From Nitrosarchaeum sp. (lineage in GTDB: Archaea > Thermoproteota > Nitrososphaeria > Nitrososphaerales > Nitrosopumilaceae), in NCBI GenBank assembly GCA_023264875.1, contig JAHFUX010000006.1:1303-65302 (forward strand): DNA of 64,000 bases, read 5' to 3'. Position numbers and translations under genes: made by a program. This document shows positions 27,588-37,134 of the stretch, one piece after another. The notes below the pieces were generated by a model. It made no database searches, was not told where the DNA came from, and saw only the letters and a list, made by a program, of their open reading frames with translations. The stretch's first letter is position 1; the number at the start of each line of letters is the position of its first letter.

Positions 27588-29390
27588 CTATTTCATGAGT
27601 TTTGGGACAAATATGTACACAAGTAAAATTATCTCAATTCTTCCAAGAATCATCAAAAATCCAAAAACTATTGTTATAAATGGATCAAGTGCAGTACTGA
27701 CTGTTCCTGCTCCATGCCCTGTGGTTGTTATTGCAGAGACACCGTCAAAGAATGCATTTTGAAAGTCGTATCCCACAGAAGTCATGTATGTTGCAACTAA
27801 TAATGGGATGATGATCTCTGTTGCTAATATTATAATCCCAATTATGATGTCTTTTCTATCTGATTCTGATATCTTGACAGATTTTATGTTAAAAATATGC
27901 CTCAATTTAGCTAATTGCATAAATCTGAAAATCTTTATGCCTCCTGCTGTAGAAAACCCACATCCTCCTATTGTCATAGCCATAATAATGACGATGAATG
28001 CCATTGGATTCAAATTCTCAAAATTCATTGTTTGGAACCCTGTGGTGGTACTTGCTGAAACTATATTGAATATGCTATCCAACCAATTTGCATCCATTGA
28101 TAATATGAATACTATACAAAAAATTACTAAAAGACTCAAATACACTACAACTTCTTTTGTCAAGTTAATTGAAAGAAATTTTGTTCTAACAAATGCATAA
28201 TGAAAACCAAATGGTAGTGCACCAAGTATCATTCCAGCAATCATCACAACATATTCTGGTGTTGTAAATCCCTGAAATATTTTGGAATCTGGACTTGTAC
28301 CACCTGTAGACAGTGCACTAAACGCCAAAGCGAAATCATCTAATATTTCTCCACCTCCCAAATAGAATAAAAGTAGTGCAATGATTATCGCATAAATAGA
28401 AAAGATGATTGTGATTATCGCAAATAATTCTTTTAGATGTGGAATATTTCCTGAAATGAATCCTTTCATTGTGCTGACTCTTTTTTCTGAATAAAACGCA
28501 GTTACAATCAAATAGATGAAGCTTAGTCCTCCAACAAATTGAGCATATCCACGATAAAACGTGAAGCTTCTTGGCAAATCTTCTGGATTTGGTACTAATG
28601 AAAATCCACCGGTTGTAAATCCTGCAGCACTTTCAAAAAATCCATCTGCAAATAATTCCACAGGATCACTAGAATCAAATTGTATTACAAAAAGCTGAGG
28701 TATCATGCCAAACAGCACTAAAATCATAAAGCTGGAAAAGACTAGAATTGCAGTCCCCCTCAATGTAATGGGTTGTTTTTCACCATAGGAATTCATGAAA
28801 AAACCAGAAACTATGAGCAGGACAGACATTAGGTATATTCCTGTTGCAACTATTGGATCATTTAGTAACGTTGCAACAATTCCAGGAATGAACATCAAAA
28901 CACCTGTAAATTGTAAGACAATGCCAAGATTCCAAATTACTCCCCAAAGTGTAGACTGTTTTTGTTGTTTTACCAATGATTTTTTAACAAGATTAACTAT
29001 TGTATCCAAGTAAAGTATTCCTACAACTAAATTACTGTTTGACATTACTGCCAATTTTCTAATCTTTTTCTCACGCATTAATTCAAGTGCTTCTGAAATA
29101 ATTTGGTCTTCTTTGATTGAAATTAAAGGAAACACCATGATATCTCCTAATGTTGTTTTAGAAGGATTGACAAGAGATTCGCTTATTTTTGTTAAAATAT
29201 CTTCGTCTGTGACTATTCCTATAGGATTGTATGACTCATCAACTACGATGATCTCATCTACATCTTTCTTTTTTAATATGGTACACGCTTCTGAAAGCTT
29301 TACTGATTCAGCTAGCATTAGAATATTGGGTCTATAATACTGTGATACTTTTTTACCCAAGTAATCTGTAAGGTTTTTTTCTTGTGACAA
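27588..29390 (-). CDS. trkH: CBS-pair / TrkH-type K+ uptake protein fusion
   Basis: Two CBS repeats, then FFESAAGFTTGG, FSALSTGG, SASTTTG, GGCGFSTAGGIK, SAITTTG, MILGRIE. Confidence 0.92.
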   Translation of the reverse strand: MSQEKNLTDYLGKKVSQYYRPNILMLAESVKLSEACTILKKKDVDEIIVVDESYNPIGIVTDEDILTKISESLVNPSKTTLGDIMVFPLISIKEDQIISEALELMREKKIRKLAVMSNSNLVVGILYLDTIVNLVKKSLVKQQKQSTLWGVIWNLGIVLQFTGVLMFIPGIVATLLNDPIVATGIYLMSVLLIVSGFFMNSYGEKQPITLRGTAILVFSSFMILVLFGMIPQLFVIQFDSSDPVELFADGFFESAAGFTTGGFSLVPNPEDLPRSFTFYRGYAQFVGGLSFIYLIVTAFYSEKRVSTMKGFISGNIPHLKELFAIITIIFSIYAIIIALLLFYLGGGEILDDFALAFSALSTGGTSPDSKIFQGFTTPEYVVMIAGMILGALPFGFHYAFVRTKFLSINLTKEVVVYLSLLVIFCIVFILSMDANWLDSIFNIVSASTTTGFQTMNFENLNPMAFIVIIMAMTIGGCGFSTAGGIKIFRFMQLAKLRHIFNIKSVKISESDRKDIIIGIIILATEIIIPLLVATYMTSVGYDFQNAFFDGVSAITTTGHGAGTVSTALDPFITIVFGFLMILGRIEIILLVYIFVPKLMK

Positions 29391-29676
29391 TTATCCTGAA
29401 TCCAGAATTACTACAGATTAAGCTTGTGTCGTATGATCTCAAAATAAATGCGATCTAATCACTATACTTATGTGAATGCAAAAATTTTATTTCTTACATG
29501 TATAATTTGACATTCTTCTAAATGCATGTTCAAATCCTGTGCAGAATGATTCTATGCTAATATGGTGTTCCAAAACACATAACATATCTGACTAAACTTT
29601 AAACTCTGAATCATTTATCTTATCTTGAGATTAAACTGACAAATTTTAAACATCGTTTTGGAGGCTATGACTCAAA

Positions 29677-30024
29677 ATGAATATTATTGATTTACATAAT
29701 CCTCAAAGAATAAACCGTAAACCTGATGGTATTGAGGTGTTGTTTTCTTCAGGTAATTTTGTAGACCAAGGATTTTCCGTACATAAAGTTGAACTTCGTC
29801 TATATCTGGAAAAAATAGACGAGAAATTGGGACCCTATTCATTAATCACATCCTTTGTTGAAACTGATAAGGGGTCAGTAGAGATGATTTATGATGAAGG
29901 ATTTCGTGGCGAAGATTCACTTAATCGCACAGTGCAGTTTCTCATATCGAATTTGGGCATATCTGGATTAATTTTACGATCAATTATTACACTACAAGAT
30001 CGGATTGAACAACAAAAGACCTGA
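29677..30024 (+). CDS. Conserved hypothetical protein
   Basis: 115-aa ORF with GGAGG just upstream. Confidence 0.7.
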   Translation: MNIIDLHNPQRINRKPDGIEVLFSSGNFVDQGFSVHKVELRLYLEKIDEKLGPYSLITSFVETDKGSVEMIYDEGFRGEDSLNRTVQFLISNLGISGLILRSIITLQDRIEQQKT

Positions 30025-30204
30025 TTCTATATCTTATCAAATCATGATATAATCATGCCTGTATGATTACTTTTTTTAACAATAGTCCGTGACTTGTATG
30101 ATTCATGTGTAACCATGTATTTTATTAAATAATTCAAAAAGTAAACTTTTCAATCATATTTTATTATGATCCCGAATTAAATTGATCTTATTTTTACGAA
30201 TATC

Positions 30205-30606
30205 ATGAAAGGCGATGTTTTACTACAAAATATCAAGGTAAGTGGGCTGGTTCCAGTAGCCGCAGGAAAAAAAGCTAAAGAAACCAAACTAATAATTCGT
30301 GAAACTATTCTTACTAAGCTAGGCAAGAACGTTGATAATGTAAAGAAAAGATGTGCAGGAAAGCCCCTATCAATTAGCATTACTTTTTTCCTACACAAGG
30401 CAACACACACCAAAAAAGATCTAGATAGTCTTTCAAATAATGTCATCAAAATTCTTGGAGAAGAAATGTCTTCAAAGAAAGATGCCCTAAAAGGATTGGA
30501 AATTGTGACTAATACTAATCTGATTCACAGAATAATATTGGAAAAAAATATAGTCAAAAAAGATGAAAAGGAAGAGTTTTCTTTTTCTATATATGAATGG
30601 GATTAA
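30205..30606 (+). CDS. RusA-like protein, possibly degenerate
   Basis: ISITFFL...KKDLDSL...I..LG recalls RusA D-x-D-N-x-x-K. Confidence 0.5.
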   Translation: MKGDVLLQNIKVSGLVPVAAGKKAKETKLIIRETILTKLGKNVDNVKKRCAGKPLSISITFFLHKATHTKKDLDSLSNNVIKILGEEMSSKKDALKGLEIVTNTNLIHRIILEKNIVKKDEKEEFSFSIYEWD

Positions 30607-30749
30607 CGATAATCTGGATATCTCTATTTGATCTATGCTTTTTCCCCCATCTGAAAACTTCAAAATCAGGCACATTCTAAGCCATTTTACATTACATTGT
30701 AGGGAAAACTAGCCAAAGATTTAATTCAATTATTATTTGGTTTGAGATT

Positions 30750-32624
30750 GTGCGTATATTACAATTACATTGTGACAGTATAGAATACACTCCCACAAAA
30801 AAAGAGATCAAAAGTGCTGAGGAGATTACCCCTGAAACAAAAAGACTAGAGGAAGTTGTTGTTGTATTTGTAGCAATTGAACAAGGAGATGATTCTTCTG
30901 TTGCGCAAAATGCAATATCTCAAATAAAAAATTCTATGGAAAAAATCGGTTGTAAAAAATTATTATTATATCCATATGCTCATCTTAGCTCAAATTTGGC
31001 AGCCCCTTCAATTGCCTTATCCTTACTTCAAGAAATGGAGTCATCCGCATCTGAGTTGGAAGTCTCTCATTCTCCATTTGGCTGGACCAAGTCATACAAA
31101 GTTCAAGTAAAGGGACATCCCCTTGCTGAAAGCTCCAAAGTTGTAACAAAAGAAAGTAGTATGGGGAAAAGTTCAAACGAAGAAAAAGAAATGACTTCTG
31201 ATGCTCTAAAAGGTGAATCAAAAATCACATCTTATTGGAAAATACTTTCCCCAGATGGAACATTGAGTAATATTGGCGATTTTAATTTTTCAAAACATCC
31301 AAAACTTGAAGTGCTTGCAAAATATGAATCTGCAAAAAAGAGAAATGTAGATGAACCTCCACCACATGTTGCATTAATGAAAAAAATGGCAATTGCAGAT
31401 TATGAACCGGCTTCTGATTCTGGAAACATGCGCTTTTTTCCAAATGGCCGTTTGATTAAATCACTCATTGAACGATATGTCACTGACAGAGTCAAAGAGT
31501 ATGGTGGATATGAAGTTGAGACTCCAATTATGTATGATTCTCATCATCCAAGTATGGTTAGTTATTTCAATAGATTTCCGGCAAGACAATACAACATTGA
31601 TTCAGAAGGGAAAAAGCTATTTTTGAGATTTGCTGCATGTTTTGGACAATTTCTAATGGCAAATGAATATCAAATGTCATACAAGAATCTACCCTACAGA
31701 TTATACGAATTAACTCGTTACAGCTTTAGGCGTGAACAATCTGGAGAATTAGTAGGATTAAGACGATTGCGTGCGTTTACCATGCCTGACTGTCATGCCT
31801 TTTGCAAAGACATTGAGCAATCTATTCAAGAAATCAAAGTTCGATTTGATTTGTCACGTGATGTTCTAAAAGAACTTGGCATTGTAGATTTTGACTATGA
31901 AATGGCAATACGATTCACTGAGGATTTCTATAATGAAAACAAATCTTCTATTGAAGAACTAGTTAAGAAACATGGTAGACCAGTACTAGTCGAAATGTGG
32001 AAGGAGAAATTCTTTTATTTTGTTTTAAAATGGGAGTTTAACTTTATCGATAATATGGGAAAAGCATCTGCACTTTCCACTGATCAAATAGATGTTGAAA
32101 ATGGAAATCGTTACGGAATTGAATTTGTAGATGAACACAATGTTCGTAAACATCCTATAATTTTACACAACTCTCCAAGCGGTGCAATTGAGAGAATAAT
32201 CTATGTATTATTGGAAAAGGCTGCACAAGACATCAAGGAAGGACGAAAACCTCAATTCCAACTATGGCTTGCCCCAACACAAGTGCGTGTAATTCCACTA
32301 AAAGAAGAGTTCTCGGGCATATGTGATACTTTGGCTGATAAAATATCATCTCACAATATACGTGTCGATATTGATGATAGAAACGAAAGTATCGGAAAAA
32401 GAATCCGTGATGCAGAAAAAGATTGGATTCGCTATACTATTGTAATTGGAGAAAAAGAAGCAAATTCGGAAAATCTAAGTATTCGAGATAGACAAACAGG
32501 AGATGTTAGAGAATTGACATTTAATAATTTTATTAATGAAGTAAGTGAGCAAACAAAAGACAAACCATTCACTGGGCTAAACCTTCCAAAGTATCTCTCA
32601 CAGAGACCACAACTGATGGTGTAA
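30750..32624 (+). CDS. thrS: Threonine--tRNA ligase, archaeal type
   Basis: N-terminal editing domain (LHCD.IEY, YPYAHLS), LRFAACFG, FRREQSGEL, HNSPSGAIER. Confidence 0.98.
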   Translation: MRILQLHCDSIEYTPTKKEIKSAEEITPETKRLEEVVVVFVAIEQGDDSSVAQNAISQIKNSMEKIGCKKLLLYPYAHLSSNLAAPSIALSLLQEMESSASELEVSHSPFGWTKSYKVQVKGHPLAESSKVVTKESSMGKSSNEEKEMTSDALKGESKITSYWKILSPDGTLSNIGDFNFSKHPKLEVLAKYESAKKRNVDEPPPHVALMKKMAIADYEPASDSGNMRFFPNGRLIKSLIERYVTDRVKEYGGYEVETPIMYDSHHPSMVSYFNRFPARQYNIDSEGKKLFLRFAACFGQFLMANEYQMSYKNLPYRLYELTRYSFRREQSGELVGLRRLRAFTMPDCHAFCKDIEQSIQEIKVRFDLSRDVLKELGIVDFDYEMAIRFTEDFYNENKSSIEELVKKHGRPVLVEMWKEKFFYFVLKWEFNFIDNMGKASALSTDQIDVENGNRYGIEFVDEHNVRKHPIILHNSPSGAIERIIYVLLEKAAQDIKEGRKPQFQLWLAPTQVRVIPLKEEFSGICDTLADKISSHNIRVDIDDRNESIGKRIRDAEKDWIRYTIVIGEKEANSENLSIRDRQTGDVRELTFNNFINEVSEQTKDKPFTGLNLPKYLSQRPQLMV

Positions 32625-32626
32625 AA

Positions 32627-33508
32627 ATGAGTTTTCTAGATTTATACATGAACCGAAATCCAATGATCACCGCGTCTGGTGACGGTTCTGAGCCGGTGGC
32701 AACTGTATTTGGAATTCCTTTTGATTCCACTCACTCTTACAAACCTGGATGCAGATTTGGACCCGATGTAATTCGTGATGCATTTAACAATATTGAGATA
32801 TTTCATCCACAATTTGGCATTGATCTGGAAGATGTGAACATTGAAGATTTAGGAAATACAACTCATACAGTTTCGGCAAGTGAGATGATTGACATGGTTG
32901 GCAAAATCACTACAGAACTAGTTGCAAAGAACAAGCAACTGTTCATTTTAGGCGGTGAACATTCTCTTACATATGGTACATACATGAGTTTTCCAAAAGA
33001 AACTGGGTATGTTGTATTTGATGCTCATTATGACTTACGTGATGAATATGCAAACACCAAACTAAGTCATGCTGCTTATCTTAGAAGAATTGTAGAAAAA
33101 AGAGGTGCAGATAATATTTTACATGTTGGTGCACGTGCATTTGTAAAAGAAGAACTTGAATTTCTAAAAGAACATAACATAAAAACAATCTCTGATAGAC
33201 AAGTACGCGAAGGGAAAGGTCCTCAACTTTTAAAGGAATTTGCATCTTCATTTGATTCAATGTATACTAGTTTTGATCTTGATGTGTTGGATCCTGCATA
33301 TGCCCCAGGTGTTGGAAATCCTGAAGCCGCAGGTATGACCTCTCGTGAACTCTTTGATCTAATTTATTCACTTGAAAACAAAAAAGTAACAGGCGTTGAT
33401 ATTGTAGAGTTAAATCCTCAATATGATAACGGTGCCACTGCATCAATTGCAGCAAAGATAATGTCTACTTTAATTGCTATGAATTTGAATCGATTAAACT
33501 ACAAATGA
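32627..33508 (+). CDS. speB: Agmatinase
   Basis: GGEHS, DAHYDLRD, SFDLDVLDP.YAPGVG.PE. Confidence 0.95.
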   Translation: MSFLDLYMNRNPMITASGDGSEPVATVFGIPFDSTHSYKPGCRFGPDVIRDAFNNIEIFHPQFGIDLEDVNIEDLGNTTHTVSASEMIDMVGKITTELVAKNKQLFILGGEHSLTYGTYMSFPKETGYVVFDAHYDLRDEYANTKLSHAAYLRRIVEKRGADNILHVGARAFVKEELEFLKEHNIKTISDRQVREGKGPQLLKEFASSFDSMYTSFDLDVLDPAYAPGVGNPEAAGMTSRELFDLIYSLENKKVTGVDIVELNPQYDNGATASIAAKIMSTLIAMNLNRLNYK

Positions 33509-33593
33509 GTTGTCCCTTGATGATTTTGCAATATGAAAAATTTGTTAACTCTATCCAAATCACTTTATCAAAAAGTCTAACTGGGAAAACCAC

Positions 33594-34175
33594 ATGTTAA
33601 ATAATTTAAGAGATATACTGCAGCCTACGCTTGAAAAGATTGGAAAGGCCTTTGCTTCCACAGGTCTCTCACCAAATTTTTGGACTTTGATAGGTCTTGT
33701 ATTTGCTCTTGCATCTGCATTGGTCTATGGACTAGGCTTTGAATTTGGATTGATTATTGGTGGAATACTGTTACTTGTATCTGGATTTTTTGATATGGTT
33801 GATGGGCAAGTAGCAAGAATAACTGGCAAAACTTCCCAAATGGGTTCTTACCTTGATTCCATGTTTGACAAGATTGCAGAAGTTGCAATTTTTTTGGGAC
33901 TGTTAGTTGGTGGATATGCAGAACCTTATCTTGTAATGCTTGCAATTACTTTGTCGTTATTGGTAAGTTATGCCAGAGCAAAATCTGATGCATTAAACAT
34001 CAAGCTACAGGGGGTTGGTATCGGGGAGAGAGCAGAGCGTTTACTGGTAATTGCTATTATTGGAATAATTGGATACATGGAACCCGCAGTGATTATTGTA
34101 GTAGTAATTGCCGGAATTACCCTTGTTCAAAGAATGATTGTAACTGCTAAAAATATTAAAGAAAAAACTGAATAA
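33594..34175 (+). CDS. CDP-alcohol phosphatidyltransferase (archaetidylinositol phosphate synthase-like)
   Basis: DMVDGQVAR..G..S..G.YLDS.FD motif. Confidence 0.95.
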   Translation: MLNNLRDILQPTLEKIGKAFASTGLSPNFWTLIGLVFALASALVYGLGFEFGLIIGGILLLVSGFFDMVDGQVARITGKTSQMGSYLDSMFDKIAEVAIFLGLLVGGYAEPYLVMLAITLSLLVSYARAKSDALNIKLQGVGIGERAERLLVIAIIGIIGYMEPAVIIVVVIAGITLVQRMIVTAKNIKEKTE

Positions 34176-34277
34176 GTGCTATTTTTGAAAATAATCTTTC
34201 TATATTGACTTGTCTTGCTTTGTCAATAAAATACAAATTAACTAACGTTTTTTTATATTGAAAAGATTTACTAAATT

Positions 34278-34350
34278 GCCCAGCAATGAAGAATAATAGA
34301 GCATTGATTGATGTACAAAATGATTCACTGTTTCACGATCTGAGCTAGGC
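34278..34350 (+). ncRNA. Probable C/D box small RNA
   Basis: Terminal stem GCC-C-AGC / GCT-A-GGC enclosing box C ATGAAGA (34286-34292) and box D CTGA (34340-34343); TTTATATT about 25 nt upstream. Confidence 0.7.
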
Positions 34351-34387
34351 AAAAATTAAAATTTTAAATCTACAAAACACAATATTA

Positions 34388-34675
34388 CTAACGGAGTTTT
34401 CCACGTTGTCTTCTGCTGTCTTCTGATCTAATTTTTAGAATCTTGAAGTGAATTGCACATGAAATACAATACCATTTTAGTACCATTGGTGATGCTATGT
34501 ATGCTCCTTGTGCACGTAGTTCTTTAGCCAAAGTATGTTCTACTAGATTTAGTCTGGATGTGACTTTCTTTGCCTTGTCTTTTGGTACTGTACAACCACA
34601 GTTTGTACACTGTATAGTGCCAGACGAGCCCTTCCCTCCTTTTGTTCGTCCCCTACTTGCACGCTTAAGTGGCAT
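34388..34675 (-). CDS. rps26e: 30S ribosomal protein S26e
   Basis: MP.KR.SRGR.K...IQC.NCG..VPKDKA...YCISCAIH. Confidence 0.97.
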   Translation of the reverse strand: MPLKRASRGRTKGGKGSSGTIQCTNCGCTVPKDKAKKVTSRLNLVEHTLAKELRAQGAYIASPMVLKWYCISCAIHFKILKIRSEDSRRQRGKLR

Positions 34676-34804
34676 AAACCCAATCGAATTTGCCTCCTTA
34701 TAATCTTGCGTATGATTAAGAAAGTCTGATGGAATTCCTTTTGTTATTTACTCAAAACCCAATCATGTTTTAATGTCAGATTCACTATTTCCTATTGATA
34801 AATA

Positions 34805-34912
34805 ATGCGTGGCTTGTGTCATATGTGTTTTAGATCAAATATGGATTTGGTAATATTGAAGGGCATTGTACTATGTCAGGAATGTTTTGAAAAAAAGAAT
34901 GCAAAAAACTAA
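34805..34912 (+). CDS. 35-aa CxxC/CxxC Zn-finger micro-protein
   Basis: Manual translation MRGLCHMCFRSNMDLVILKGIVLCQECFEKKNAKN*. Confidence 0.65.
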   Translation: MRGLCHMCFRSNMDLVILKGIVLCQECFEKKNAKN

Positions 34913-34938
34913 ATCGATATTGTTTGGAATTATAACCA

Positions 34939-35808
34939 ATGAAACTAGCATTATTTTCACACTGTGCAATTGATACGATTACTATTGATGGCATAAATCA
35001 TGAACAAATTGGGGGTGCTGCATGTTATGGTGGACTGACTGCAAGACAGCTCAAATTTGATGTTGACCTTTACACCAAATTTGGTAGCGACTTTCCAATG
35101 CAATATTTAACTCAAAATAAAATTCATTTTGGAAATGCAATATCTGAGAAACTTACGACTCGATTTGCAATAGATATTATGGGTTCAGATAGAACGCTTA
35201 AACTATTACATGAGTGCGATCCTATTGAATACACTACCATAAACGCAGATGGTTCTTTGGTCACACCAATCTTTCATGAAATTTCTGCTGATGTATTTAC
35301 TAAAATAAAAAAAGACTCTAGTTTTACTCTAGTTGATCCTCAGGGGTTTTTGAGGCAAGTAGATTCCGATAAAAATGTAATTTTAGAAAACGCTGTACTT
35401 GATTTATCTGATGTAAATGCAATCAAGGTAAACCCTGATGAATCTCAGAAAATTGTTAGCGGTTCTTATGATGAAATGATGATAGCGTTGCAGAAAAAAG
35501 GTGTGGAATCTGTAATTTTTACAAACAAAACTGAAGTCTCATTACTGGTAAAGGACAAAGTCTATTCTATAACATTGCCAAACAAAGAAGTTTATGATAC
35601 TACTGGCATTGGAGATATTTTTTGTGCAACATTTTGTTGTACAATGCTAAAAGAAAAAGACTTTCTTTGGGCATTGTGTTTTGCAGGAGGAGCTGCACAG
35701 GCTGCACTTGATTCAAAACAAGTGGGTCTGCTAAAAATACCTCAAAAGAGTGCAATTGAGACTAATGCTTCTTATTTTTACAATCTAGTAAAATATAGGA
35801 CGATTTAG
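34939..35808 (+). CDS. PfkB/ribokinase family kinase
   Basis: IGGAACY; DTTGIGDIF anion-hole motif. Confidence 0.9.
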   Translation: MKLALFSHCAIDTITIDGINHEQIGGAACYGGLTARQLKFDVDLYTKFGSDFPMQYLTQNKIHFGNAISEKLTTRFAIDIMGSDRTLKLLHECDPIEYTTINADGSLVTPIFHEISADVFTKIKKDSSFTLVDPQGFLRQVDSDKNVILENAVLDLSDVNAIKVNPDESQKIVSGSYDEMMIALQKKGVESVIFTNKTEVSLLVKDKVYSITLPNKEVYDTTGIGDIFCATFCCTMLKEKDFLWALCFAGGAAQAALDSKQVGLLKIPQKSAIETNASYFYNLVKYRTI

Positions 35809-35847
35809 CACTTTATCCTTTTATTGCACTCCAAGTTTTATCACTCT

Positions 35848-36849
35848 GTGCAAATAGGAATCTATGGTTCTGATACAACAGACTCTGCAGCCAAGATCAT
35901 AAAAAAAATTTTAGATGATGCGGAAATTGAATCATTTACAATTACTGCAAAATCAAAAGTAAAACAATCTGATTGTATTTTGGTGTTGGGTGGAGATAAG
36001 GGAGTTAGAAACTATTTTCATAGATCTTTTGATTCAACAACACCTGTTTTAGGAATAAGTGAGGGTGAATCTAGTGGATTTTTAGCTCAGGTAGATCTTA
36101 GGGAGTTTCCATCATATGTAAGAATACTAAAAAAACAAAATTACACAATAGAGGAAGTTCCAAGACTAGGAGTAAAAATTGATGGAAAAAATGTCTATCC
36201 TGTATTAAATGATGTTGCAGTATTTTCATCAAAAAGTGCAATGCTTATGGAGCACACATTACGTGTAAATGATGAAGAAGTATGGCACGATAACAGCGAT
36301 GGGATTATTGTATCTACACCGATTGGTTCTTCTGCATATTCAATGTCTGCTGGTGGACCTATGTTATTTCAAGACTCTGGCGTATTTGAAATCATCTCAG
36401 TAAACTCTTTAGATATTACCAGAAGACCGATCATCGTATCAAATAAAAGCTCTATTCAAATTAGTGATATTTCAGCTAGACTGCATTGTGAAGTTGTTCT
36501 TGATGGACTAGATAGATACAAAGTAAACAATATGGTAGAATGTACCCAGTTTTTACCTCCGGCAAAAATAATCCGACTCAAAACAGACTCTACTGCAATC
36601 TCTGCACTTGCAAAGAAGGTTCATCTTGCTGAAGAACTACTTAGTATGCCTCCAAGCTCTAAATTATTGCTAAAGACATTAGAGTATGAAGGAGCACTTA
36701 CACAAAAAGACCTTGCAAACAAGACTCTACTTCCAGACAGAACCGTTAGATTGGCACTTAGTCATTTACTCAAAAAAGGATATGTCAAAAAGAAAGTCTC
36801 AATTAGAGACGCACGACAAAAAATCTATGAAATATCGAAGATAGAATAG
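35848..36849 (+). CDS. nadK: NAD(+) kinase fused to a C-terminal MarR-like wHTH
   Basis: GGDKG, VLNDV, DGIIVSTPIGSSAYSMSAGGP; C-terminal LTQKDLA..TLLPDRTVR.AL..L; probable GTG start at 35848. Confidence 0.88.
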   Translation: MQIGIYGSDTTDSAAKIIKKILDDAEIESFTITAKSKVKQSDCILVLGGDKGVRNYFHRSFDSTTPVLGISEGESSGFLAQVDLREFPSYVRILKKQNYTIEEVPRLGVKIDGKNVYPVLNDVAVFSSKSAMLMEHTLRVNDEEVWHDNSDGIIVSTPIGSSAYSMSAGGPMLFQDSGVFEIISVNSLDITRRPIIVSNKSSIQISDISARLHCEVVLDGLDRYKVNNMVECTQFLPPAKIIRLKTDSTAISALAKKVHLAEELLSMPPSSKLLLKTLEYEGALTQKDLANKTLLPDRTVRLALSHLLKKGYVKKKVSIRDARQKIYEISKIE

Positions 36850-36875
36850 ATTTTATTTTTTAGTATTGTAAAATA

Positions 36876-37037
36876 TTATGACAAGTTTTTAGTATGTGTT
36901 ATATCGTCACCACATGCATCTTTGATTCTTTTTTGTAAATCCGATTCGTAGCAAGCATTAGAACAAAAATTCTTTACTCCTGTATGATAATCTTTTCCAC
37001 AATTTGTGCATCTTGTCAAATTTTCATTATTTATCAT
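36876..37037 (-). CDS. 53-aa TRASH/FCS-type Zn finger with D-x-T-H-x-x-N-L-S tail
   Basis: Manual translation MINNENLTRCTNCGKDYHTGVKNFCSNACYESDLQKRIKDACGDDITHTKNLS*. Confidence 0.75.
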   Translation of the reverse strand: MINNENLTRCTNCGKDYHTGVKNFCSNACYESDLQKRIKDACGDDITHTKNLS

Positions 37038-37134
37038 TCTGGACTATTTAATAGTCTTGTTAATAATTCATTTTCTATAATTCCCATTATTGAGACATTC
37101 TAAAACTATGTTTAGTAATTAAACCCAATATTTT

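Noticed and set aside
29485-29590. 32-aa minus-strand ORF (MLCVLEHH...) upstream of trkH
   Set aside because: No motif, promoter spacing or coupling evidence.
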